From: Macrostomum lignano
Lineage: Eukaryota
NCBI GenBank assembly: GCA_002269645.1
Contig: NIVC01002143.1
Location: 1-40,726 of the forward strand
Direction: 5' to 3'
DNA: 40,726 bases
Positions 1 through 11,635 of the stretch are shown here, piece by piece. The notes beneath the pieces were generated by a model, which was not told where the DNA came from, ran no database searches, and worked only from the letters and a program-made list of their open reading frames with translations. Each line of letters opens with the position of its first letter. Within the stretch, counting starts at the first letter, position 1. A program made the position numbers and the translations under genes.

Positions 1-19
1 AGTCTTAAGATCATGTGAA

Positions 20-315
20 GGGGTTGTAGCCTAGTGGTCAGAGCGTCGGACTCACGACATGAAGGTCGGGGTTTGATTCCCGATTCCACTAAAACAATTT
101 GTGTCCTTGAGCAAGACACTTAACTCTGCATTGCTTCAGTTCACCCAGCTGTAAAATGGGTGCCAGCATTAGCTGGGGTAATTGAGGGTGTGTGTGGCGA
201 CCCCTTTAGACTGAACAGCCGTACGCAGCCTTCAGATGCGCCGCGCAATCGCTGCGGCTGAGCTGTCGGTTGCACACCTGGCCCGTTGTGGCAGGTGTAA
301 TCAAATATTATTATT
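20..315 (+). mobile_element. tRNA-derived CORE-type SINE, apparently full length
   Basis: tRNA-like head with A box TAGCCTAGTGG (27-37) and B box GGTTTGATTCC (70-80); CORE-like segment GTGTCCTTGAGCAAGACACTTAAC...CAGCTGTAAAATGGG (101-160); (TTA)n tail. A second, 5'-truncated copy lies at 21661-21835. No clear TSD. Confidence 0.8.
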
Positions 316-484
316 TTAAGGACAAGTAATGATAAAAGTTGAATAGACATGTAATTTATTAAATCAAATAAGCTGTATGATAGTTCAGGCATCGGGTACT
401 GAACAAACAGCATGCTGGTGCTGTAACTCTTACAATGTAATTCAAAGTCTAACTAAAAACTGTTTACAATTACCTGATTGGCAG

Positions 485-703
485 GTGACAGTCTGGGGAG
501 ATTACGGCCGAATGGACCGGAAGGCATTTATGGGCATCTGCCAGGTGCTCCTGGACGATCTGGACCTGTCCAACATTGTCATCGGCTGGTACAAGCTCTA
601 CCCCACCTCGTCACTGGTGCATCACCACCATCACCGGCAGTGCTCGTCAGCTTCCTCCGGTGACATCGCAGGCGCATCCGCCCCCTCCCCCGGTCCCAGG
701 TAG
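485..703 (+). CDS. RIMS: Terminal coding exon of a RIM/UNC-10 active-zone protein (end of the C2B domain); upstream exons lie outside the window
   Basis: Acceptor CAG at 482-484. Translation VTVWGDYGRMDRKAFMGICQVLLDDLDLSNIVIGWYKLYPTSSL matches the RIM C2B signature WGDYGRMD...IGWYKLFP. Stop TAG at 701-703. Confidence 0.9.
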   Translation: MTVWGDYGRMDRKAFMGICQVLLDDLDLSNIVIGWYKLYPTSSLVHHHHHRQCSSASSGDIAGASAPSPGPR

Positions 704-3169
704 TGACGGGGGGTAGTTTCTCCCGGTTCAAAAGTCTAAAAGCAGGAATCGGTGATCCTTAGTATTCGCTCGCAGGGTTCCTACAGAATACGGCCCCTCA
801 TAGTTTCTCCCTCCCGTCCAGGCCGTATTCGACCCCCCCCTACCCCTGAAAAATCATGTGTCGAGTTCGGTGTGATTCTCCGCCCAGTGACTCTGTCGCA
901 TGCGACATGCGCGTGCACTATTTCTTTACCTTGCCTGTCTGTCTGAAGCCATTTCGCCTACTGCATTGTCTATCGCGGCTGCTTGTGAAACAAAGATGGA
1001 AATTTATCCCAATTAAAAGCACAAGAGTAAAGAATGGGCAAAGTAGGACAACCCCCCCCCCCAAACTCTGCGCGGTCCTCATCTGAGAGAACTGGTGCTG
1101 CCAGCAGTGTGGCTGCGGGCGAAACTCTCTCAATACCAGCAACATTCTCGATTGTTCTTGTTATTTTTTGCACACACAGTTTTTCTCTTTCCTGTCCGCT
1201 TCATAGATGAAGTTTTTTTTTTAAAACAACAAAGTATTTCAGATTTTGCCAACTGCAGGCTGCACTCGTTCGATATTGTGTGTTCTACTGTCCAATATTT
1301 TCTCCACCGAGAGATATCCTACTCAAGTTTCTACTGCATAAATAGCTGCTTTCGATGCACATTGGTCGCAGAAAGTTTTTCGCAGGCTAAAGTGATGGTA
1401 CGAGTTGACGGGTTTTGAGTTAAGAAAATTTTGATCACCGCTGGGTTAAAATGATTGGAATCAGTTTTGACTTTTTTCCTCCTTATTTTCACGTTCTCCC
1501 TCTGTATCTCTCCGCTGTCTGTTTGGCTCGACTTTAAATGCTACATATTTTTGCAATTTCTGAACTCCCTCTTGCTTGAGCAGACAGCACCGTCACCCCA
1601 GCAGAGCCTACCCAAGCACATTCGTTTTCTACTCGTACTACTGCAGAGCGTTGCTACATGCTTCTCGATTCAATTTGCTACTATTGACTACTATTAATAC
1701 ATACTACAAATTATTAACAAATATATCTGAATATGCATATAAACATTTATAGAATTCACTGCATAGCTCGCCATTGGCAAGCCTATCCACTCGAGGCGAT
1801 TTTATCAACATTTTTTATTGGAACTTTTACGAAAAAAATCGACAAAAACAACGAATCGACTATGCTTAAAATGAGTAGTGTGGTAAGTATTTTTCACTAT
1901 TTCTTATTTCATGGTCAAAGATTCAGTTGTTTAGTACGGTTAAATAGCTAAATTGGCTTATAAAAGTCACCGCAAGCGAGGTGCAAATTAGGCTGAGCTG
2001 AAGTTCCAACCCGCTGTGATTGGGTAGCAGCTCAGAGCTGCGGTAGAAATACCTCAGCATGGGATCACAGCCTAGGAGTTGCGACTCCCAGATTCTGAGT
2101 TCTGTGCGGTGTACAAGCTGTACGCAGCCTTTAGATGCACCGCGAAGTTACAGAAGCCGCCGCGCCTTTGGCTGCTGCACCCTGGCCACTTTTTCGATTG
2201 CACTAAGTGCGTCTTCTTAATCAATATTCGAAATAAACATTCCATTGATAGTGCATAAAATCATACAATACTACTTACTCACTATCGTGAAAGTAGATAG
2301 ATGAACAAAATAGTAGTCAATCCACTCAACTAATTAATCTCTTCTTGGGGCGGTCGAGCTTCCGCCTTGCGCTTTTCGTTGCAGTCGATAATCCGAAATC
2401 AATCAAACAGAACTGCATTGCGAACTTGAGAGCGGGCCGCCAGAGAACTATAGACGAGCACGAGAGCAGGGAGGGTGGAGGCCGGGCCGAGGCAGGAACA
2501 GGGTCAGCGAAATGCGATCCGGTCAATGTCAAAGACGACTAATAATATAAAAGGGATCGGCTTAGCATCATTTTCTACCTGACAGCCTGGAGACTTTTAT
2601 CCCCTGCCCTGGCCTCTGCCATCGGCTAAAATCTCCCTAGGGAACTGCGGGGATGCAGAGAAAGATAACATTTTTTGCGACTGCCAGTATCTGGGATCGA
2701 TGGCTGCTTTGATATCCGGGCGCATTTGGAGCAGAAGTTAGCCAGCATTATCGTCTGTTTAGCCGGGATGACAGAGGGAAAAACGACGACACAGAGGGAT
2801 GGATCGGATTTCAGCAACAAGCTGGGCTCTGGGTCGATGTTTGACTGTACCTGGACAGGATGAAAGGGAAACAATAAAGTGACTCGGATAAATGGAAGCG
2901 GCTAATGCAAGCGGAACAATCGGATGTTTTCGCGATAATGAGCTCTACCTCGTAAAATGCAAGTAGCTCGCGCATAATGTGCCTGGTGTTTTTGAAAGTT
3001 TATCAACTTCTATTTGGTAAAGTGTAGCTGAAAAATTCACTTTTTGATGCGGACTAGTTATCGCTAGTCACTGCAAAATTATCACCAAATTGTCAATCAT
3101 AAATCATAAATCATATTAAACAGTATTAAACAGATCTCCCATGGCATCATAAATCTCTTGTAACTTAAC

Positions 3170-3415
3170 TGTCGAGGGCGCCCAGCGACAGCTGGACCAG
3201 CTGGTTGCTGTTACCGCGAGTGTCGGTCAGGTGCCGAACTTCCGCGATGTCAGCAGCTCATCTACCTAGATGGTCTAGTTCCCAATCCCAACAACGCTTG
3301 CTTGGGCTGTCCTGTACATTCTGAGGCCCTACCTGACAGACAGAGAGCAGCGTTACTTCAGGGGCGGTTGTAGAGACAGGCAGCTGCTGTACAACGCTTA
3401 CACTTAGACACTGGC
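3170..3415 (+). mobile_element. Decayed RTE-clade non-LTR retrotransposon fragment (end of the RT domain)
   Basis: Frameshifted pieces VEGAQRQLDQLVAVTASVG, ELPRCQQLIYLDGLVP, LAWA, EALPDRQRAALLQ, VVET and LLYNA follow the order of the RTE RT C-terminal motifs (...GL, YLG, AW, LLY.AE.W), recalled from memory. Confidence 0.65.
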
Positions 3416-3441
3416 TTAATAATAAGGCTTAATATCAGCCT

Positions 3442-4738
3442 CAGGGGCGTCGCCACCGGGGGGGGGGACAGAGGGGACATGTCCCCCCAGTAAAAGCTAT
3501 GGGCGGACATGCCAATGCTTTGTCCCTCCCACCCCACCTTGTTGTGGATCCGTTGTGGAAATCAATAATTTTGTTTCAGTGCGCTAAAATATAGCATATG
3601 TGGCACCAAAATGAGTGCCTGCGGCGCAAAAATGAATGCATGCGGCGCCGAAATGAGGGATGAGTGCCTGCGGCGCTAAAATGAGTGCCTGCGGCGCTAA
3701 GAGCGTAAAATGAATGCATGCGTCGCTAAAATGAGTGCCTGCGGCGCTAAAATGAGTGCCTGCGGCGCCAAAATGAGTGCCTGCGGCGCTAAAATGAGTG
3801 CCTGCAGCGCCAAAACATGTGCCTGCGGCGCCAAAATGAGTGCCTGCGGCGCTACGAGCGTAAAATGAGTGCATGCGTCGCTAAAATGAGTGCCTGCGGC
3901 GCTAAAATGAGTGCCTGCAGCGCTAAAATGAGTGCCTGCGGCGCTAAAATGAGTGCCTGCAGCGCCAAAATGAGTGCCTGCGGCGCTAAAATGAGTGCCT
4001 GCGGCGCCAAAATGAGTGCCTGCGGCGCTAAAATGAGTGCCTGCAGCGCTAAAATGAGTGCCTGCGGCGCTAAAATGAGTGCCTGCAGCGCCAAAACAAG
4101 TGCCTGCGGCGCCAAAATGAGTGCCTGCGGCGCTAAAATGAGTGCCTGCGGCGCTAAAATGAGTGCCTGCGGCGCTAAAATGAGTGCCTGCGGCGCTAAA
4201 ATGAGTGCCTGCGGCGCTACGAGCGTAAAATGAGTGCATGCGTCGCTAAAATGAGTGCCTGCGGCGCCAAAATGAGTGCCTACAGCGCCAAAACAAGTGC
4301 CTGCGGCGCCAAAATGAGTGCCTGCGGCGCCAAAATGAGTGCCTGCGGCGCTACGAGCGTAAAATGAGTGCATGCGTCGCTAAAATGAGTGCCTGCGGCG
4401 CCAAAATGAGTGCCTACAGCGCCAAAACAAGTGCCTGCGGCGCCAAAATGAGTGCCTGCGGCGCTAAAATGAGTGCCTGCAGCGCCAAAATGAGTGCCTG
4501 CGGCGCCAAAATGAGTGCCTGCAGCGCCAAAACAAGTGCCTGCGGCGCCAAAATAAGTGCCTGCGGCGCTAAAATGAGTGCCTGCAGCGCCAAAATGAGT
4601 GCCTGCGGCGCCAAAATGAATGCTCACAACACCGATTCTCAAAATGATGTACATGTTGGAATTTAGTTATTTACATGTACACGTAAAATTCTTGACTTTG
4701 ACAGACCCCCCCCCCTAAAATCCACGGTGACGCCGCTG
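3442..4738. mobile_element. Non-autonomous DNA transposon (MITE-like, possibly hAT) carrying an internal 21-bp minisatellite
   Basis: Imperfect TIRs CAGGGGCGTCGCC / CAGCGGCGTCACC with poly-G and poly-C subterminal tracts. The right ~120 bp and the array recur inverted at 33521-33835. Flanking 8-mers ATCAGCCT / AACAGGGT match only 5/8. Confidence 0.6.
3607..4622. repeat. 21-bp minisatellite (AAAATGAGTGCCTGCGGCGC[T/C]), ~48 units with periodic 29-bp variants
   Basis: Direct inspection; it explains the repetitive ORFs (MSACGAK / AAGTHFS). Confidence 0.95.
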
Positions 4739-6259
4739 AACAGGGTATTTTTTGGTTGCCTAGTTCTAGGAAATCCAATTTAACTGCTGTGCGACATCCC
4801 TTCGATTAATGAGTACCATACAGTAAATAAAACTTAAAAGAACTGGGAAAAGCGAAAATTGAATGAATATTTCTGGCGCAAATCCAGCTGCAACAGAGAG
4901 TAGTTGCCGCGGCAAATATCAATTCTGGCGTGCGTCAAAACAAAAGAGTTACCAGGTATATATATTTGTCTGGTTTTAGTAAACTCCAAGGTTAAACAAA
5001 AGTGCTAAGCGGTAAACGCTTGAATATAAATTTCAGATGCACCACCTCACCTCATAAAACAGAGTTGCACGAGAGAAGAAAAACCAAGTGTCAGTGCGGC
5101 GTTAGGTAATGTTATATAAAAATAGATGCATAAGCATAAAAAAGTTTTGATTCCGATTGATCTTTTTTAAAATATCTGATCTTGTGCATTTGAATAAATA
5201 ACATCAGCAACATGTTAAAGTTACCGCCCCAAAACCTAGTGGTCTACAAGAGCCATAACTCCATAAACTGTCTCCTCACCAGCCTGAGCTAAGGCCTTGT
5301 GCATCAGCACCAACCGTTGATGCGTCACATGGGGTTGAGGTCTGAGAAAAGTTGACCACTGGTTTCGGGGTGGAAACTTTAACATGTTGCTCAGTGCGCA
5401 TCTCGGGCAAGAGTCGATTACAGTTAGCCAAGCAATAATGCATTAAAGTGTCACAAAAACCTGGAAAAATAACTACATAGTTCACACAAGCCTTGATAGA
5501 TTTGGCTTAGAAAATTTGCACAGCCAGTTAAAGTGCTTTCCCATGAGTTCACAGGAGTTCGGTTGCGCTAGGTAAACTATGAGCTACACACACAACTAAG
5601 GGATTTATTCTGCTGTTGTACAACATATAGAAATATAAATGTATCGCTCTAACTTGGCTGCTGTGCAAGTGTTTGTTTTGATACTACGGGTTGATAAAAT
5701 AGAAAAACTAAAAGCACACTACATGTACTCGTAAAAATATTAAAAAATCTGTCTTCAACGAGTTCGATAATAAGCTTCATCTGAAAGCGGACTTTTTAAA
5801 CAAAGCAAACGGTACGTAAAATTGACCGATCGATAGCCACTCACTCTGTCTTCTCTGTTATTCTAAACCGGGACCCTACTGTAGTCATACCCTGACTTTT
5901 CCTACCCCTGGTGTACAGACTGATCGACGACCGTTATCTGCTAACCCAACACTTGCCCTGGAATAAAGGGAACCAGCCACCCCCTCAGTTTTATTACACA
6001 GAACGTACATTTCGACCCATCCGACCCCACACTGGCCGTAGATTTTCTCACCCTCAGTGTACATCTGATCAACCCCCCACTGGCCCCAGAATAACGGCTC
6101 TTAGTTTTCTTCCCCTGTCTGTACATTAACTTTTAATTAGTTCGCACTTTCAGTTCACACAGCCCTTATTAAACTCATAAACGATATCAAGTTAACGCGG
6201 TCAGTTGTGAGATGAAACACACCGACACACGAGCTTCGTTGCTCATCGCTTGACAAATT

Positions 6260-9200
6260 CTAACGGGCACCCTGTTCAAGCTCCATGACGTCCGGCGACT
6301 TGACCGGTTCCACGCTGTTTCGACCGTGTCCGGTGCCACTTCCACGGCCATGGCCGGTCATAGGTCTGGGCAGGCCGCCCGTGGCCGGCCGAATCGAGGA
6401 ATTTGAGGCGCGCAAGTTGGCGGTGGACGGGCCCATCATCATCATTAGCGTGTTTACCTGTTTGGCGTCCGCGTTCTAAAAAAATTAAGAAAGTAAATTT
6501 TGTTTGCTTTGCAAAAACATGGACTTGATATTGGATACTTCGATACATATACTCATAAAATGCAAGTAATAAACCAAAGCTATAGGATTTAAAGTGTAGT
6601 TAAAGCCGCAAATATTAATTCTCAATGCATTCCGGATTCCCATTCGCAATATAATCCAATTTAAGGAAACAAACACAATAGAAACTCTGAAGTTTTATCC
6701 AGACAAGGATATAAGGCAGAATTTAATGCAAAAAGCAGCCCCGGCAAACTTAGGCGCACATTTTTGGCCCATTCGACGCCATAGACCTTAGCGACAATTT
6801 TCTCCGCCACAAACATGATTAGGGCGATGCCGACGCCAATGCAGAAGAAGATAAAAGCGCCGCCCAGCGTGTCCAAGCTCAGGCCTGGCGGTGGAATTGG
6901 ATTGCATGTTATAAAAGAACTTTTGATTCAATGAAAAGCATTGAAGAATAACCGACTCAAATCAAATCTGGCTCACCTGACGAGGCAGACGAAGTGGCCT
7001 GACAGGTAACCTTATCTCGCGACCACCAGTACTGCTTCAGTGTCTCGGTGACGCGATTCTCGTTCAGAGACAGGATGCTGAAGTTCCAAAGGGGGTGTCA
7101 CTTTTAGCTTGCCCTAGGCTATAACAAAGTTTGTAACTGCCACATTTTATAGATAACTCGCTTCTCTACAGCCACCTCACTCCTTAACAGCCACCTCACT
7201 CCTTATCAGCCACCTCACTCCTTATCAGCCACCTCACTCCTTAACAGCAACCTCACTCCTTAACAGCCACCACACTCCTTAACAGCCACCACACTCCTTA
7301 ACAGCCACCACACTCCTTAACAGCCACCTCACTCCTTAACAGCCACCTCACTCTTTAACAGCCACCTCACTCCTTACCAGCCACCTCACTCCTTACCAGC
7401 CACCTCACTCCTTAACAGCCACCTCACTCCTTACCAGCCACCTCATTCCTTATCAGCCACCTCACTCCTTAACAGCCACCTCACTCCTTAACAGCCACCT
7501 CACTCCTTAACAGCCACCTCACTCCTTAACAGCCACCTACTCCTGAACAGCCACCTCATTTATTTTTGTATTAAATAATTTCTATCATACATTGACTAAA
7601 CAATTTATTGAAAATGCATTTTTTCTGTAGAACACGGTGAAAAGTTTTGAATCCAGCCGCTCTATTAAGGCAATCAACAGACACCAGTTAGGTGGAAAAC
7701 ATTGGGTCTGAGTAATTTGAGTCCGGCCCGAAGATTACATTGAAATTCAATACCTTATAACTGCTAATAATGACGAAATGTCAATACAGTCAGCTATCAG
7801 GTTTCGGGTCGCCAACCTGTCATGCGTTACTTGGGGGACGTTTAGCTTATAAGGCAATATGGCGGCAATTCGACAGCCTAATTAACTGGTTGCAATCGAT
7901 TTGGCTCCATCTTGCACAGGGGGTGAAATCCGAGTGATCAGATGAAAAAATGCATTCTGCACAGACTGATTTTTTGAAACTTTAGTTCTAATATTTTTAT
8001 GGGTTTGTGAGCATGTCACTTCAAGTTATTTCCTTAGCAACCAGTAAATGCTTGCACTGCTCAAGTCAACATAATCTTACTGTTGAGCACCAACTCACGC
8101 GACATTCATCTGTTTGAGCAGTGGCGACTTGTTGCGCAGAGCGATGCCGTAGGGTCTCGGCGCGAACGGGTCTCCGACAGTCATAAAGTCGCAGGTCTTG
8201 GCCGTGTAATATTTCACCAGCGAGCTCTCCAGGAAGATGGCGATGTTCTCTTTTCGGACTCGGTCGAGCGCCTGCTCTGTGCTGGTGGCGAAGCCCCACT
8301 TGGTCATGCGGTTCCACACGGTGGTGTACCGTTCGATCACCGGGTACTTCCAGGTGACCAGGGAGGCCAGCTGGTCGACGGTCTCCTCCGTGCCGATGCC
8401 GCTGGTCAGCCAGTAGTTGTACAGGTTGGCCTCGGCGTCCTTCATTCGCATGAAATGCTCGTAGGAGGCGGTGTCCTTGATCACGGTGTACTTCATAGCC
8501 ACCTGGGTGGTCAGCTCGTCGAAACTCTGCGGTGGCTGAGACAGCTTGTCCACCGTCAGCTGGGCGGCGAGGTTGGCGGTGTAGAGCGACATCATGAGGT
8601 AGCCGAACAGCCAGAAGCCCACAATGATGGTGCGGCAGGACATCGAGCGGGGATCGAAGCTCTCGCCAGCCTGGGTGTAGGCGCCAAGCACGTACCAGAG
8701 CGACTCCTTCACGGTGAACACCTTGCCCTCCGCCTCGCCCTCGCGGATTTGATCGTTCCGGTAGCGGTTTTGGAAGGAGAACGGGCTCACCCTGCAATGG
8801 CGGGGTTTGTTAAGCTGAGTGATTGTAACAGGTTGCTCTTTAGAAGATAATAAATAAAGAGAAGGAAAGAACGTACTCACTTGTCAACAAAGAAAATGAG
8901 AAAACCGGTGAAGGTGATGATGGCAATGATGCTAACCCACACGTCCCAGGTGAACGCTTTGAGGAAGAAAGTCTGGTCGCCCTTGGAGCTGGTCGGCTGT
9001 AGCAGCAGAATCTGCAGCGACACGTAGTCGTAGATTGGCACAGTGAAGTCGGCTATCTGCTCGCGCTGCGCCGTCACCGTGATGGGACCGATGGCCATGT
9101 CTGCGACCTGCGTTTTGTTTTTGTATATTTAATTACTTACCGAGCTCACAGTACAGTCAGTTAGCCTCAGTCAAGTCAGGCCCTAATTGCTTCTCACCCC

Positions 9201-11552
9201 ACTGGCGAGGGCGCCCATCATGCCATTCCAGGTGCCATCTGACTGCAGAGTGCCGTAGATGCCGTCAGTCTGCTCAACCAGGGTGTAATTGAAGTTCATG
9301 TTGGTGGCTAAGTTCTTCAGCATGTCGATGCTGTAGCCTTCGAATGTGCCGTCAGTCTTCTTGATCACGAATGGCGGATCCTGTCAGTGCGTGATGAAGT
9401 CGTTACAGACAAATGGTGAAAATATACGTAGAGCATTAAACAAACTTTGCTGTGTGCGGCTCTCTTACGTGAGTTAGTCGGACAATCAGATTGCGGATGG
9501 TCATGTAGCTGAGAGAGATGGTTGACACTGAGCCGGCCAAGCCAGCCGCCTTGGTCCAGGTGCCGATCTGCCCCAGACAGAAATTTATTGTTATCGAGAA
9601 AAGCGATGCTGTTTTCAACACAAGTTACATAAGAATGAGAAAATCTCTCAGCTCACATTGTTCACAGTGGGGCCGGGGTAAACAATCTGGGCGATCTTGA
9701 ATGTCGTGTCAGTGTTCCTCAGCGTATTGGCGAACGCTACGTTACCCATAACGCTGGAGAAGCTCGGCAACTGTAAATTTGTTCAGGATAGTTCATGCAT
9801 GTTAATACGGTATGAATAAACGAGATTGCCGAAATGACTGGAATAGCACGAAGCGTCGCTCACAGCCTTCAGCTTAGCAGTGTAGTCGTTGTAGCGCACA
9901 GGCGTGGACGGGCTGTACGCCCCGCTGCACACCAGCCAGTTGGTGGCGTTGCCGAAAGACCCGGCATCAGTCTGAGCCTTGATCACTCGGCCCATAGTCT
10001 CGGCCGCCTCGTAGGCGAATAATACGTCGACCTTGCGACTCTCGGCCACCGCAACGCCCGTGGCCGACTGCACCGCAGTGAACACCGCCGTAGCCCGAGT
10101 TGCATCCGCTGCCGTCTGTCGGAAGAAGAACAGACTGGAGCCGGAGCCGCAGCCGGAGCAGGAGAAATCCTGCAAGTCCTTGGTGACTACGAACCAGTGA
10201 TAGATGCCGCCCATGAGCGACTTCACTCCGGCCTGCTGCACAACCATGGCCGCGTTCGACACAGAAGAGGCGACCACAAAGTCGGCAATGCGCAGAGTCT
10301 TGGCTTCGTCTAGCAGAGTGGCCACTTCAACAGCTGTGGTAGGGATTTTGCGCAGGTAGATTGGCGGATACCAGCTGTAGTCCTCGTAGGGCAGGATGGA
10401 GCCCGCGTCTGTGTTTTTGGTGGCAGATGGTTTAGTAGGCAAACTATTACAAGCACGGTTTTTGTAGAAAGCAGTACAAACTAGAAAACAGGCAATCTTA
10501 CCGAATGAAGCATCATACAGCACCATGATGCCATCGCGGGTAGCATTGTCCCTTAGCAGCAGGGCTGCCACAGCTCGCATGTAGTTCCTAGGCGATGGGT
10601 GAACGTTCGGCACATCGTTCGTGAGCTCCATGGAGGCCCTAATAATTGGCGCGTCAAGATTTCTGGCTAGATCCTCAACGCAGGACGGCCGGGCGGTGAA
10701 GTCAAGGATGCCATCGATCCACAGCAGGTGCTCGTTACCTGTCTTGCAAACTGCGGTAGGTATTCAGAAATTAAGGTGAAACTGCTGCTTGATTTATTCC
10801 ACTGCATGTTAGAGCATCTACTTCGAAGTAAATGAGATTTCAGGCACAGAAGTGCTTTGATTTAGACTGTGGAAGGTACACTTGTCGGCGCTTCAGTCTA
10901 TTCGTCGGATGTGTGCTCAATGGTGTGCACGGTTGAGTAGCAGCGGTAGCGCGCCTGACTCTCGTGCCAAAGTACCCCGAGTTCGATTCCACAGTAACTA
11001 GGGGTTTTGACGCGGAAATTTTGTCGCGTACTTCACGGATTGTGAGGCCAAACCCAAATATCAGAGCATTGCACATGCCTGAGAAAGTCAGGGCCGCTGT
11101 ACACGCAGCACGTATTCGTATGCAAGGGGGATCGTTACCGTGCAATGCGGCAACACCTCGCGAATGGAGTCTCCAGTAACTCACCAGTCTGGAACAGCGA
11201 CTCAGAGCCGGATTGCACAGCCGTCACGTTGATGGTCTTCCCGGCTGGCAGGACAGCGCTGGGCGTGCCGGCGTTCAGATCGGCGATCGCCTTCTGCGCC
11301 GCGGCCAGCAGGTCGCGATTCTGGGCATCGTAGACCGCCACTAAAATTGAGGGACACGTGCGCGTTGGAGATATTCAGGACGTTAAATCATTCTAAGCAT
11401 ACGGTGATTAATTTACTAGCAGTTAGTCAGCAACAGAATGTTTCGAAGAACTCACGGAAATAGTAGGTGTTGCCGATCATACCGAATGACTGCTGGCCCA
11501 TAACTAGCAGAAGCAGCAGAAGAAAGTTGAAGTGCTGCTTCTTGGGTGACAT
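6260..11552 (-). CDS. IR25a: Ionotropic receptor 25a-like (IR/iGluR superfamily co-receptor with ATD), 12 exons, predicted 934 aa
   Basis: Exons: 11456-11552, 11185-11340, 10502-10750, 9864-10408, 9657-9770, 9469-9567, 9198-9380, 8881-9107, 8099-8791, 6977-7077, 6760-6884, 6260-6475. All introns are GT-AG with compatible phases, total 2805 nt. Signal peptide MSPKKQHFNFLLLLLLV; S1 DPPFV...GYSIDML...WNGMMG; M3 YTANLAAQLTV. IR25a-type hallmarks: PIYDYVSL, SPFSFQN, and the S2 insertion LVTWKYPVIERYTTVW. The donor at 6759 (GTGCGC) is the weakest junction. Strict orthology versus a paralogue is untested. Confidence 0.85.
7168..7560. repeat. 19-bp minisatellite (ACAGCCACCTCACTCCTTA), ~20 units, in an IR25a-like intron
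   Basis: Direct inspection; period 19. Confidence 0.95.
10927..11140 (+). mobile_element. Second tRNA-headed SINE-like insertion in IR25a-like intron 2
   Basis: TAGCAGCGGTAGCGCGCCTGACT (A-box and D-arm-like) and GAGTTCGATTCC (B box, 10979-10990). The body differs from the CORE SINE; the 3' boundary is uncertain. Confidence 0.5.
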
Positions 11553-11628
11553 GCTGATTGTGGCTTTGGATCTCAACAGGAAGGGGCGCGTACTACTTGG
11601 CTGGTCTGGTGTGAACTGAGCATCCGGG

Positions 11629-11635
11629 TTTTATA
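11629..11635 (-). promoter_or_regulatory. Candidate TATA box of the IR25a-like gene
   Basis: TATAAAA on the minus strand ~80 nt upstream of the ATG at 11552. No transcript support. Confidence 0.4.

Noticed and set aside
20-92. Functional tRNA gene
   Set aside because: The cloverleaf is imperfect, there is no oligo-T terminator, and it continues into a CORE body that is repeated elsewhere, so it is a SINE head.
3584-4666. Long ORFs over tandem arrays (also 13978-15932, 18355-19466, 20164-21388, 22497-23159, 23688-24554, 25082-25532, 35415-36128, 36557-38045)
   Set aside because: They are translations of stop-free minisatellite or microsatellite units, open in several frames, and mostly intronic.
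10409-10501. In-frame, stop-free 93-nt intron in the IR25a-like gene (exitron or retention)
   Set aside because: It has strong GTAAG/CAG signals, typical length and AT-rich composition; one such case among 11 short introns is expected by chance.
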